Origin: Verrucomicrobiota bacterium
GTDB taxonomy: Bacteria; Verrucomicrobiota; Verrucomicrobiia; Limisphaerales; JADLHS01
Assembly: GCA_029573725.1 (NCBI GenBank)
Contig: JAKQDQ010000122.1
Span: 100,156 to 164,155, forward strand
Direction: 5' to 3'
Length of the DNA stretch: 64,000 nucleotides
Made by a program: the position numbers and the translations under genes. Below are positions 47,457 through 56,727 of the stretch, in pieces. The number at the start of each line of letters is the position of its first letter. The first letter of the stretch is position 1. The notes beneath the pieces are model-generated. The model saw only the letters and a list, made by a program, of their open reading frames with translations. It was not told the origin of the DNA and made no database searches.

Positions 47457-49952
47457 TCACCACTGCCGCTCCGCCGCCGGCGGCGACGCTTCCGGTTGGG
47501 GAAGCGTCATGGCGGGCAGCGCTGCCAGCTCGAAGCTTTCTCCACGGGCCGTCGCAATCGCGCAGCCTCGGGGACGAAAATAAATCTGCACCGCGCCACT
47601 GGTGCGGGTGCTGAGGACCAGGGTCCGGTGGGCCGTCAGCCGGTCCAGGAGTTTGGTGGAGGCACGTGCGGTGGCCGGAAATTCTGAATCGGCGACAATG
47701 ATGACGCGCGGTTGAATGGCGCGCAGCAAGGTTTCGGACAAGGCCTCGGACGCGGTCGGAATTCCGGTGACAACGATGTCGGATCGCAGGCGATGAGCTT
47801 CGCGATCGAACAGCTGGTGTTGTCCCTGCCGGCCCAGATCGGACAGCAGGAGCACCCGGACCCCGTGCAATTCCGCCTGGCACACCAGCGCACCGTCGTC
47901 ACCGAGTGAAGAGGCGTCGTCTTCGCCCGGGTGCAGGATCCGCCAGGGCGGCGCCACATCACCGCGATGCACCGTCTTGACCAAACCCGGATGGTGTTCC
48001 AGGCGGGTCAACACTTGCCGGTACACGGGTGAGCGAAAGCGGAACGGGCTGACCCACACTTCCGCACAGTGGAATTCATCGCGGAGCAGCTCCGCGCCCC
48101 CCACATGTTGCACATCGCCGTGGGTGAGCATGAGTCGTGGCAGCCGCGTGACCCCTTGGGCGCGCAAAAACGGGCGTACGACATAAACCACGGAGTTGGT
48201 GCTGCCACAATCCACCAGCCAGTCCCGGGAGCGGCCGGCAGCGTCCAGGAAGCTGGCATGCCCGCCTTCCAGCGGGAGGATGGTGAGCGAGAAGTTCCGG
48301 CGCGCACTCCGCCATTGACCGCCGTAATATAGTCCGAGGAGCAGTAACGCCGCGACTGTTCGCAGCCGGCGGCCGCGCTGCCATAACCAGCCGCTCAGGC
48401 ATCCGACCAGCAAGCCGTAATAAATGAGGCAGGTGAACACGCCGGGGGCCGGTACAAAGGCATAGGCGCCTGGAATCAAGGTGGCCCACCGGCTGAAGCG
48501 GCTCATGCCGAGCATCCAGAACCACGCGGCGTGATTGAACAGTTCGGACACCCACGGCAACCCGGCGCCGCAAAGCAGGCTGCCCAGATTGCAGGAGAGC
48601 GCCAGGGCGCTCAGCGGGACAATGACGAGATTGGCCAGCAACGTGACCGGACTGCAGATGTGAAAATAGTAGGCGGTCAGCGGCAGCGCGCCCAGCCAGG
48701 CGGCCAGTGAAGTGGCCAGGGTCAGCAGGAGGTTGCGCAACCCCGTGCGGGCGAGCCGCTGCCATTGGGGAATGATTTCCGGCGCCAGAAAGGAGTCCAA
48801 TGCCAGCCGCCGGTCAATTCCGCGTTGCAACGGCGGCACCAACAAGGCAATGCTGAGCACCACGAAAAAGGAAAGCTGGAAGCTGGCTTGAAACAACTGC
48901 TGGGGCTGCCACAGCAGGATGATGAAGGCGGCGGCCGCCAGCGAGTTTAGCAAGTCGCTGGGGCGGCTCAGCGACCACCCCCCCACAACGATGCTCATCA
49001 TGATGGCGGAGCGGATCGCGGAAGGCTGCCAGCCTGTGGCCGCAGTATAAAACCAGAGCAGGGGGACCACCACCAGGCCGCATCCCCTCCGGGGCAAGCG
49101 CGCCACCCGCAACAGACTGACCAAAATGCCGGCGATCAAGGCAATGTGCAGCCCCGAAATGGCGAAGATGTGCATCGTGCCGGATTTCATGAATGGTTCG
49201 CTGACCTCCCCGGTCAGCGCCGTCTTCCAGCCCAGCGTCATGGCCCAAAGCAGGCGCAATGGCTCGTCCTGTTCCGGCAGGCCGGCGGCCAGGGTCCGCT
49301 TGGCCCAGGCTTGGAAGCGGTCGGCCAGCGGGGGCGGCGCGGAAGGATTCATCACTTTCCAATGCGCGGCATCGGTCGTCAGCTGGTAATAAATGGATTG
49401 GTGGGCCAGATAATTCCGGTAGCTGAAGAGCCCCTCGGCCAAGCGATCCGGAGGCGGAGCAATGACTCCGCTCACTTCGATCTCCTGGCCGCTGAATCCG
49501 GGCGGCTCCAAATTGCCGCGAGTCGAGACCAGCACCTGGCCGAAGGCTGGCAACCACCCTCCGTTCGTGGCCAGAGCGGATACGTGCAGCGTCACCAGGG
49601 TCCGGGCCAGTTCCTGGCCGTCGCGTTCATGCACGCGCAGGCTTGGTGTTTCGGCCAGGGTGCCGCGCAGGGTGCCCAACACGGGGGCGTTGCCCAGTTG
49701 AATTCGTAAATCGTATGGCGAAATCACCGCGGTGCATCGGACCAGATTCGTCCAACCCAGAAAAACCAGGCAAAGGGCCGGCAACCAGGCACGGTCCGAT
49801 GTCCGGCCCAAGGCCAGGATCAGGCAGAGCAGGCTCGCGGTAAACAGCAACACAAGCGGTGGTTGGACGAGTCCGCCCAGCAACAGTCCAACGGCATAGT
49901 ACAACGCCACGGGCACCAGGGGGCGTTTCATGTTTGCCCACCAGTCAAGCAA
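47457..49952 (-). CDS. comEC: DNA internalisation-related competence protein ComEC/Rec2
   Basis: 831 aa. It has an N-terminal DUF4131-like domain, a polytopic competence domain, and a C-terminal metallo-beta-lactamase domain (...LTHGDVQHVGG...). Its stop codon abuts the stop of the convergent upstream gene. Confidence 0.85.
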   Translation of the reverse strand: MLDWWANMKRPLVPVALYYAVGLLLGGLVQPPLVLLFTASLLCLILALGRTSDRAWLPALCLVFLGWTNLVRCTAVISPYDLRIQLGNAPVLGTLRGTLAETPSLRVHERDGQELARTLVTLHVSALATNGGWLPAFGQVLVSTRGNLEPPGFSGQEIEVSGVIAPPPDRLAEGLFSYRNYLAHQSIYYQLTTDAAHWKVMNPSAPPPLADRFQAWAKRTLAAGLPEQDEPLRLLWAMTLGWKTALTGEVSEPFMKSGTMHIFAISGLHIALIAGILVSLLRVARLPRRGCGLVVVPLLWFYTAATGWQPSAIRSAIMMSIVVGGWSLSRPSDLLNSLAAAAFIILLWQPQQLFQASFQLSFFVVLSIALLVPPLQRGIDRRLALDSFLAPEIIPQWQRLARTGLRNLLLTLATSLAAWLGALPLTAYYFHICSPVTLLANLVIVPLSALALSCNLGSLLCGAGLPWVSELFNHAAWFWMLGMSRFSRWATLIPGAYAFVPAPGVFTCLIYYGLLVGCLSGWLWQRGRRLRTVAALLLLGLYYGGQWRSARRNFSLTILPLEGGHASFLDAAGRSRDWLVDCGSTNSVVYVVRPFLRAQGVTRLPRLMLTHGDVQHVGGAELLRDEFHCAEVWVSPFRFRSPVYRQVLTRLEHHPGLVKTVHRGDVAPPWRILHPGEDDASSLGDDGALVCQAELHGVRVLLLSDLGRQGQHQLFDREAHRLRSDIVVTGIPTASEALSETLLRAIQPRVIIVADSEFPATARASTKLLDRLTAHRTLVLSTRTSGAVQIYFRPRGCAIATARGESFELAALPAMTLPQPEASPPAAERQW

Positions 49953-50064
49953 AGCCCGCCACCGGAGTCACGCCGGGTTTTCTCCAGACCCGCGGCATCC
50001 GGTTGGCGAAAAAATTCATGCCTTGGATTGCCTCGCCCCGCGCCGCAGTTTATTTTTGGCCACC

Positions 50065-50697
50065 TTGAAAAAGAACCGGCGACCAGAAATTCCGCGCAAA
50101 ACCGTGTACCGGCTGTCCACTTACTTGCGCTGTCTGGCCCCCTTGTGCGAGCAGGCGACGCAGACCATTTCCAGCGAGGCCCTGGCCAAAGCCGCCGGGG
50201 TCAAACCCACCCAATTGCGGAAGGACCTTGCTTATTTGGGCACGTTCGGCACGCGGGGGCTTGGTTACGACGTGAAGGATTTATACCAGCAAATCACCAA
50301 TGAGCTGGGCGCGTCACGCCTGCGCCCTGTTATCTTGATCGGCCTGGGAAATCTGGGGCTGGCCCTGCTGTCCTATCGCGGCTTTGAAAAGGAAGGATTC
50401 GAGATCCTGGCGGCGTTCGATATCGAGCCGGGACGGCGTCGGAACAAGGAGATCAAGCGTCCGGTGTATGGCATGAATCAGCTGGCGGAATTCGTGCGCG
50501 CCCACAGTGTGAAAATGGCCATTGTCACCGTGCCGGCGGAAGCCGCCCAGGGAGTGGTCAACCAGCTGGTGGAGTGCGGCGTGCTGGGCATTTTGAACTT
50601 TTCCCCCGTCGTCCTCCACGTGCCAAAGAACGTCATGCTCAACAACGTGAACCTGGCCATCGAGCTGGAAAACCTGAGCTACTTCATCCGGGAATAA
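50065..50697 (+). CDS. rex: redox-sensing transcriptional repressor Rex
   Basis: IPRKTVYRLSTYLRCL...QLRKDLAYLGTFGTRGLGYDV, then the Rossmann motif ILIGLGNLGLALL. The start is uncertain. TTG 50065 gives about 210 aa, whereas the track start at 49930 would overlap comEC. Confidence 0.85.
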   Translation: MKKNRRPEIPRKTVYRLSTYLRCLAPLCEQATQTISSEALAKAAGVKPTQLRKDLAYLGTFGTRGLGYDVKDLYQQITNELGASRLRPVILIGLGNLGLALLSYRGFEKEGFEILAAFDIEPGRRRNKEIKRPVYGMNQLAEFVRAHSVKMAIVTVPAEAAQGVVNQLVECGVLGILNFSPVVLHVPKNVMLNNVNLAIELENLSYFIRE

Positions 50698-50820
50698 GCG
50701 GGGCGGCCGGCGCGTTTGTCCCGGCGCCGCTACGCCGCGGCCCGGGGGCCCGCCCCGGGACGTTCCGCGGCGGTCAACCTACGGGCAGATCGGTTGACGC
50801 GCAGCAGCAACTTGCCCAGT

Positions 50821-51834
50821 ATGAAACCCATGACGGGTCACGTTTGGAATGGACTGCGGTTGCTTGCGGTGACGTTGCTGCTCACCGGCTGCGCGGTCCT
50901 GCCCAGAGCCAAACCCGGCACCACCCAATCGGCCATGCGCTTGATGGCGGCGACGGCGGACCTCGCCGCGGCTGGCGCGTCGCGTTTACCCGCCGATTAT
51001 ATTTGGGCCACGTTGCGGGATCGCAACGGCGATCCTGAGGTTCAAGCCGCCTTTGACCGCGCATTGGCCGACGCCACCGGCGCCGGCCAGTGCCGGCTTC
51101 TGCGCGCGCTGGAGCGAAAATTCATTCACGATCCAAACTGTTCGGGTTTGGACATTTTGGGGCCGGAGTTGAGCGATCATTTCCGCAACTTTCCCTGGCA
51201 CGACGACGACTTTCCCGGCGGCCCAGAAGGTCCGAATGAGCAGTTTGCCGACGTCATGGTGGACGCGCTGGATTTGGTGCGTCCGGAGCGCCGGGCCAAC
51301 CGTTCGCGCGCCGCGGTGGTGTTGCGGCAGGAGGTGAATGCGGCCGTTTGGGGGTACATCACCAACCAATGGCGGGCCGTCGCGGGGCAGGAACAGTGGA
51401 AACTGAACCGGCACGCGTTGACCTCGTTTCTCCGGATGCGCGCGCGCGCACGGGCCGACGGCGTGGAACTGATCATTCTGTCGGCACATCGCTCGCCGGA
51501 AACGGCCCGCGCGAATGCGGCGCGTGCGGGCAATGCCCATGCCGTGGCCAGCTTTTCAGCGCACTCCCTCGGCCTGGCCATTGATTTCAAGATGAGCCAG
51601 GCGGGCGAGTTCCAAACGCGCGAAACATTCACCCGTCCGATGTCGGAACTGGTCCGGATGCGCCAGTCTCCCGTCCATAAATGGCTGCTGTTGCGGGGCG
51701 AGGAATTCGGCTGGTATCCCTACCAAAACGAACCGTGGCACTGGGAGTACAATCCGCCCGGCTTTCGCGACCGTTTCTGGGCCGATTTTCCCGGTGGCGC
51801 GCCCGTGCGAGGCGTCATCATTGACGGTCCTTGA
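50821..51834 (+). CDS. D-alanyl-D-alanine carboxypeptidase family (peptidase M15B/VanY-like) lipoprotein
   Basis: Lipoprotein signal ...LLAVTLLLTGC. Zn-site motifs SAHRS..., HSLGLAIDF and EPWHWEY. Confidence 0.75.
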   Translation: MKPMTGHVWNGLRLLAVTLLLTGCAVLPRAKPGTTQSAMRLMAATADLAAAGASRLPADYIWATLRDRNGDPEVQAAFDRALADATGAGQCRLLRALERKFIHDPNCSGLDILGPELSDHFRNFPWHDDDFPGGPEGPNEQFADVMVDALDLVRPERRANRSRAAVVLRQEVNAAVWGYITNQWRAVAGQEQWKLNRHALTSFLRMRARARADGVELIILSAHRSPETARANAARAGNAHAVASFSAHSLGLAIDFKMSQAGEFQTRETFTRPMSELVRMRQSPVHKWLLLRGEEFGWYPYQNEPWHWEYNPPGFRDRFWADFPGGAPVRGVIIDGP

Positions 51835-51904
51835 GCCGGCGGCCCGGGGGGCGGGTATTTGCATCTTGAGTTGCCGCGGGGCTGCGGCGGATATTGGTGG
51901 CGGT

Positions 51905-54199
51905 ATGAAGAAAATTTGTTGGCTGGCGCTGGTGCTGTGGGTCGGCGGGAATGGTGGGAGCCGCGGGGCGACGCGGCCACCGGTCTATCTTGCCAATCCG
52001 TTGCAGGGGACGGACTCGGTGGGCAGTTATTCCCATGGCAACACCTATCCCGCCATTGCCCTGCCGTTTCCGATGAATGTCTGGGCGCCGTATACGCAGC
52101 CGCAACGTGATTCGTTCTTTTACCAATACCGCCAGACCAGGATCCGCGGCATCCGCCAGACCCACCAGCCCAGCCCGTGGATTGGAGATTATGCGAACTT
52201 CGCCTTGATGCCGGTCTCGGGGCGGCTGGTGGTGCGGGAGGACGAACGCGCCTCGGACTTCCGCCATGAATCCGAAGAGGCGCAGCCCAGTTATTATCGC
52301 GTGCGCCTGGACACCTGGCAGGCAACGGTGGAGGTGACGCCGACCGAGCGGGCGGCGCGGTTCCGGTTCACCTACGAGAATGACGCCGCCGCCTACGTGG
52401 TGCTGGATGCCTTTGCCCAGGGTTCGCGGGTGACGATCCTGCCGGAAGCCAGCAAAATCATTGGAGTTTGCCGCAACAACAACGGCGGTGTGCCCGGCAA
52501 TTTCTCCAATTACTTTGTCATGGAGTTTGACCGTCCCTTCGCCGCGTTCGGCACCTGGACGCCCGGAGGCGTCCACGAGGGACAGTCCCAGCTTGCCGGG
52601 GAACACGTGGGGGCGTTTGTACGGTTTGAGACGCAGGGAAATCGCGTGGTGGGTTGCAAGGTGGCCTCGTCTTATCTCAGTCCGGAGCAGGCGGAACGAA
52701 ATCTGGCCCGGGAAATCGGAGACGCGGATTTCGACACGGTGCGGCGGCGGGCGGAGGATGCCTGGAACGGGTTGATGGGGCGGTTGCAGGTGACGGGCGG
52801 CACGGAGGAGGCGCAACGGACGTTCTACAGCGCGGTATATCGCAGCTTTTTGTTTCCGCATCGGCTGCATGAATGGGACGCGCAGGAACGGCCGGTTTAT
52901 TTCAGCCCGTACGACGGGCAGGTGCATGCCGGGTTCATGTACACGGACACGGGATTCTGGGACACCTTTCGTGCTGCGCATCCGCTCTACAATCTGCTCG
53001 TTCCGGAGGTCAGCGGTGAAATCATGCAGGGGCTGGTGGCGGCGTACGAGCAAAGCGGGTTTCTGCCGTCCTGGTCCAGTCCCGGCCATCGGGATTGCAT
53101 GATCGGCAATCATGCGTTTTCCCTGCTCGCGGACGCCTGGGTGAAGGGCATCACGAATTTCGATGCCCGCACCGCCCTGGACGCGATGGTGCATGATGCC
53201 AACACGCAGGCGCCATCGCGCTGTCATTCCATCGGTCGCGACGGAGCGGAGTTTTATCAGCAGCACGGCTACGTGCCGACGCGCCAGCGCGAGGCCACGG
53301 CCAAGACGCTGGAGTTTGCGTATGACGATTTTTGTGCGGCGGTGTTTGCCCTGGCCCAGGGGCGGGCGAACGATGCCGCGGGGTTTCGCCACAATGCGAT
53401 GAACTATACGAACGTGTTTGATCCGCAGGTCGGTTTCATGCGCGGACGGGATGAGGCGGGGAACTGGCGCGAACCGTTTGATCCCACTGAATGGGGCGGG
53501 CCGTTCACCGAAGGCAACGCCTGGCACTGGACGTGGAGTGTGTTTCACGATGTGCCCGGATTGATTCGACTGCTGGGTGGGGATGCCGCGTTCGCCGACA
53601 AATTGGATGGAGTTTTTTACACGCCGCCGGTGGTGAATGTGGGGAGCTACGGAACGATGATTCACGAAATGACCGAGATGGTGGCGGCCAACATGGGGCA
53701 GTACGCCCACGGCAATCAGCCGATCCAGCACCTGCCCTACCTCTACAATTACGCCGGGCAGCCGTGGAAGACGCAGGCGCGGGTGCGCGAGGTGATGACG
53801 CGGTTGTATCACCCGACGCCGGACGGGTTTTGCGGTGATGAAGACACCGGGCAGATGTCCGCCTGGTATGTGTTCAGTGCGCTGGGATTTTATCCGGTAT
53901 GTCCCGGCACGACCGAATACCTCATCGGCAGTCCGTTGTTTGACCGCGCCACGATCCGGTTGCCGGACGGCAGACAATTCGTCGTGACCGCAAACCGCAA
54001 CGGTCCATTGCGACCCTACATCGAAAGCGCGACCTTGAATGGGGCGGCATTTGAAAAAATCTATCTGACCCACAAACAAATCACCGCCGGCGGCGAACTG
54101 GTGTTCAACATGACCTCCGCGCCCAACTACAAATGGGCGGTGGAACCGGGGCAGCGTCCCGGCTCGGCACTGGAGGCCCTGCATCCGGCGCCGCGCTGA
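51905..54199 (+). CDS. GH92-family alpha-1,2-mannosidase
   Basis: Signal peptide present. GSYSHGNTYPAIALPFPMNVW, ...FSPYDG..., and NEPxxH-like HGNQPIQHLPYLYNYAGQPWKTQ... are typical of GH92. Confidence 0.85.
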   Translation: MKKICWLALVLWVGGNGGSRGATRPPVYLANPLQGTDSVGSYSHGNTYPAIALPFPMNVWAPYTQPQRDSFFYQYRQTRIRGIRQTHQPSPWIGDYANFALMPVSGRLVVREDERASDFRHESEEAQPSYYRVRLDTWQATVEVTPTERAARFRFTYENDAAAYVVLDAFAQGSRVTILPEASKIIGVCRNNNGGVPGNFSNYFVMEFDRPFAAFGTWTPGGVHEGQSQLAGEHVGAFVRFETQGNRVVGCKVASSYLSPEQAERNLAREIGDADFDTVRRRAEDAWNGLMGRLQVTGGTEEAQRTFYSAVYRSFLFPHRLHEWDAQERPVYFSPYDGQVHAGFMYTDTGFWDTFRAAHPLYNLLVPEVSGEIMQGLVAAYEQSGFLPSWSSPGHRDCMIGNHAFSLLADAWVKGITNFDARTALDAMVHDANTQAPSRCHSIGRDGAEFYQQHGYVPTRQREATAKTLEFAYDDFCAAVFALAQGRANDAAGFRHNAMNYTNVFDPQVGFMRGRDEAGNWREPFDPTEWGGPFTEGNAWHWTWSVFHDVPGLIRLLGGDAAFADKLDGVFYTPPVVNVGSYGTMIHEMTEMVAANMGQYAHGNQPIQHLPYLYNYAGQPWKTQARVREVMTRLYHPTPDGFCGDEDTGQMSAWYVFSALGFYPVCPGTTEYLIGSPLFDRATIRLPDGRQFVVTANRNGPLRPYIESATLNGAAFEKIYLTHKQITAGGELVFNMTSAPNYKWAVEPGQRPGSALEALHPAPR

Positions 54200-54213
54200 G
54201 CGTGGCCCGGGCC

Positions 54214-56478
54214 TCAACGTGCGCGAAGCTGGTTCAGGTAGCTGGCGGCTGTTTGATTTGAAGGGGACAACCGCAGGGTCTGCTGGAATTGTTCCATCGC
54301 TTCGGGAATCCGGCCCAGTTTGGCCAGGGCAATGCCGAGGTTCAGATGGGCCAGAGGGTGATCGGGCTGCCACCGGAGCACCGCACCAAACTGTTCACTG
54401 GCGCCGGTCAGGTCGTTGCGGACCGCCAGTTCCACGCCCAACAGGTAACGCGCCTCCCAGAAGTCGGGGCGCAACTCGATCGCCCGCCGCAGGCTGGCGA
54501 TGGCGGCGTCGCGCTGCTCCAGGGCGGCCTGGGCTTCAGCCAAATCAAGATACAGCCTTGCGTTGTCGGGCTGTCCGGCGACCGCCTGCCGGATTTGGGC
54601 CAACGCTTCCGCGGGGCGCTTTTGCTGGAGCAAAACGCGGCTCAGCTCGGCCCGCGCCTCCGGAAGGTCGGGACGGATTTGCAGGGCGCGCGTCAGTTCT
54701 CGTGCCGCGGCGTCCGTCCGGCCCTGCCGCGCAAGGACTTTGCCCCAATAAAATGCCGGGCCGAAGTGGTGCGGCAATAAATCACTGACCCGGGCCCATT
54801 CCGCCGCCGCTCCGGAGAGGTCGCCCGTGTCTTCCAGCAGTTTGGCCAGGTTGCCCCGCAGGAAAAAATCCTCCGGCCGTGCTTGCAATGCCGTGCGATA
54901 GCGGTTCAGTGCGGTGGGCAGGGTGTTGGAATTCATCCGGGAGCGGAACTGTTGTAAGGCCTGGGTCAGGCTGGCCAGTTGGTTGGTGTGGTTTAGTTGT
55001 TGCGTGAAGGGAGGGCGCTGCTCGCGCTGCCACACATTTTGATAAACGCGATACCGATCCCACGGCGTCACCGCCAGGCGCTCATCAGCCTGCTCGGCGG
55101 TCAACGGATCGCCGGACGCCGTGATTCCCTGGCGGGATTCCAGCAGTTGCGTTGCGGCTGCCGCGATCAACCGCGCGAGTCGCTGGTTGCCCGTGAAATT
55201 GAAATGAACATGCTCGTAGAACAAGTCGGCTCCGGGGATGGGAGTGGAGTCCGGCGCGGTCAATTCCCGCGCGACATCCAGCAACACCACCGGATCGCCG
55301 CCAAATTTCGCGGCGCACTGGCGGATGATCTCGTTCTGGGTCGAAGTGGTGCGAAACGGGAGCGCGTCGAAATCCCGGGCCCGTTCAAAACAACGCCGCG
55401 CGGCGGCCGGCTGGTCCAGCGCGAGATGGCAGCGGCCCATGCGGAATTGAAGTTCGGCGTAATCGGCATCCAGCGCGGCGGCCTGTTCGTATTGTTGCAG
55501 CGCCGCGTTCCAGTCTTGAGCCTGTTCAAATTCAGCGCCCGCTTGGACCCGCGCCTCCCAGGCGCGGCGGTGCGCTGCGTCGAATTGTCGCGCATGCAGG
55601 GAGGCGAAGGGGGCGCAATCCTTCAAATTGCTGGCCACGGTGCAGAGCAGGACCGGGATCCGCTGGCGGCGTGCGAGGTGAAGCATGGCTTCCAGATTTT
55701 CCCGGAAGCTGGCCTCGGTCCGTTTTCGGCCGGGATCATCGGGTCGGGTTTGGGCTTCGAGGAACATGCGCATCCCTGCCCATGCCGCGGGCGTCGCCGG
55801 GCTGGTCCAGCGCCGGTTGAGGAGGGCATCCAGTAATTGTCCGGTGCGGGTCGCTTTCAAGGCCAGGCTGGCACGAACGAAAAAGCGCGGTGGAGATTTT
55901 GGTCCAAAGACCGTGGCCGCGCCATACGGTCCGACCACCTCGTTGTTGCCCATGTAAATGATCCAGAGATCGCCGTCGTGCCGGGCACAATCCGCTGCGA
56001 TGGGGAGGAGGGCGTGTGAATTGATGGCGGTCATGGCCGCGCAAATCACCTCGCAGCGCTGATCCGGAAACCGCGCCTGCAACTGCGCTTCCAGATAACG
56101 GCCAAAACCAAATGCAGGTTCGGGATCGCCCAAAGCCGCCGATTCCCCAAGAATAAAGATGCGGAAGGTGTTGCTGCCTTTGGAGGCGGGAAAGACGGTG
56201 GGCGAGGGGAGGCGGGCGAGCGAGCGCGGGAAGAAACGCAGCCCAAAATCGTCGTTGGCCACGAAAACGTCCCGTCCGGCAATTTGGGTCTTGCGAAAGA
56301 AATCAGGGGAATAGCCGTAGCCCAGCAGGCGCAAGGTCAATTCCAGGCCGCCAAACACCAGCACCGGCATCAGGATTGCCGCAAGCAGTTTGGCCCTCCG
56401 TCCGTAACGTCGCCGGCCGTGTGCGGGCGGCGGCAAGGGCCGGGGGGTCGGCTTCAAGGAGTTGTGCCGGCGTTTCAC
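54214..56478 (-). CDS. membrane-anchored TPR-repeat protein with an N-terminal SGNH-like domain
   Basis: N-terminal TM segment. FRIFILGESAALGDP...IYMGNNEV is GDSL/SGNH-like with a GES block. The C-terminal half contains at least 8 TPR-like repeats. Confidence 0.7.
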   Translation of the reverse strand: MKRRHNSLKPTPRPLPPPAHGRRRYGRRAKLLAAILMPVLVFGGLELTLRLLGYGYSPDFFRKTQIAGRDVFVANDDFGLRFFPRSLARLPSPTVFPASKGSNTFRIFILGESAALGDPEPAFGFGRYLEAQLQARFPDQRCEVICAAMTAINSHALLPIAADCARHDGDLWIIYMGNNEVVGPYGAATVFGPKSPPRFFVRASLALKATRTGQLLDALLNRRWTSPATPAAWAGMRMFLEAQTRPDDPGRKRTEASFRENLEAMLHLARRQRIPVLLCTVASNLKDCAPFASLHARQFDAAHRRAWEARVQAGAEFEQAQDWNAALQQYEQAAALDADYAELQFRMGRCHLALDQPAAARRCFERARDFDALPFRTTSTQNEIIRQCAAKFGGDPVVLLDVARELTAPDSTPIPGADLFYEHVHFNFTGNQRLARLIAAAATQLLESRQGITASGDPLTAEQADERLAVTPWDRYRVYQNVWQREQRPPFTQQLNHTNQLASLTQALQQFRSRMNSNTLPTALNRYRTALQARPEDFFLRGNLAKLLEDTGDLSGAAAEWARVSDLLPHHFGPAFYWGKVLARQGRTDAAARELTRALQIRPDLPEARAELSRVLLQQKRPAEALAQIRQAVAGQPDNARLYLDLAEAQAALEQRDAAIASLRRAIELRPDFWEARYLLGVELAVRNDLTGASEQFGAVLRWQPDHPLAHLNLGIALAKLGRIPEAMEQFQQTLRLSPSNQTAASYLNQLRAR

Positions 56479-56727
56479 GCCTCTGACTGTGGCAGAGAAG
56501 GGGACGGATGAAAATCCAATTACCCTCCCGCCTCCTGGCGGAGACCGGTCTGGACCAGCAAACCCGGGAGCGGGATCAGCTGCGAAATGAGTGTGGTGAC
56601 GGCGGATTGCGGGGACAAAAGATCGCTTCCGCCCGCTGGGAGATTACGTTAGCCTTCCGGCAGGCCCGCCGGGTGGAGGCCATGGCGCCGGGCCTCAATT
56701 GAGTGGGGCGGCAGTGCCTTTGCGCAA

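Noticed and set aside
56508-56702. A 64-aa ATG ORF between the TPR gene and the giant exoprotein gene.
   Set aside because: Only 29 nt would remain for the divergent promoters. The ORF has no recognisable features, contains rare TTA codons and has no SD sequence. This is insufficient support.
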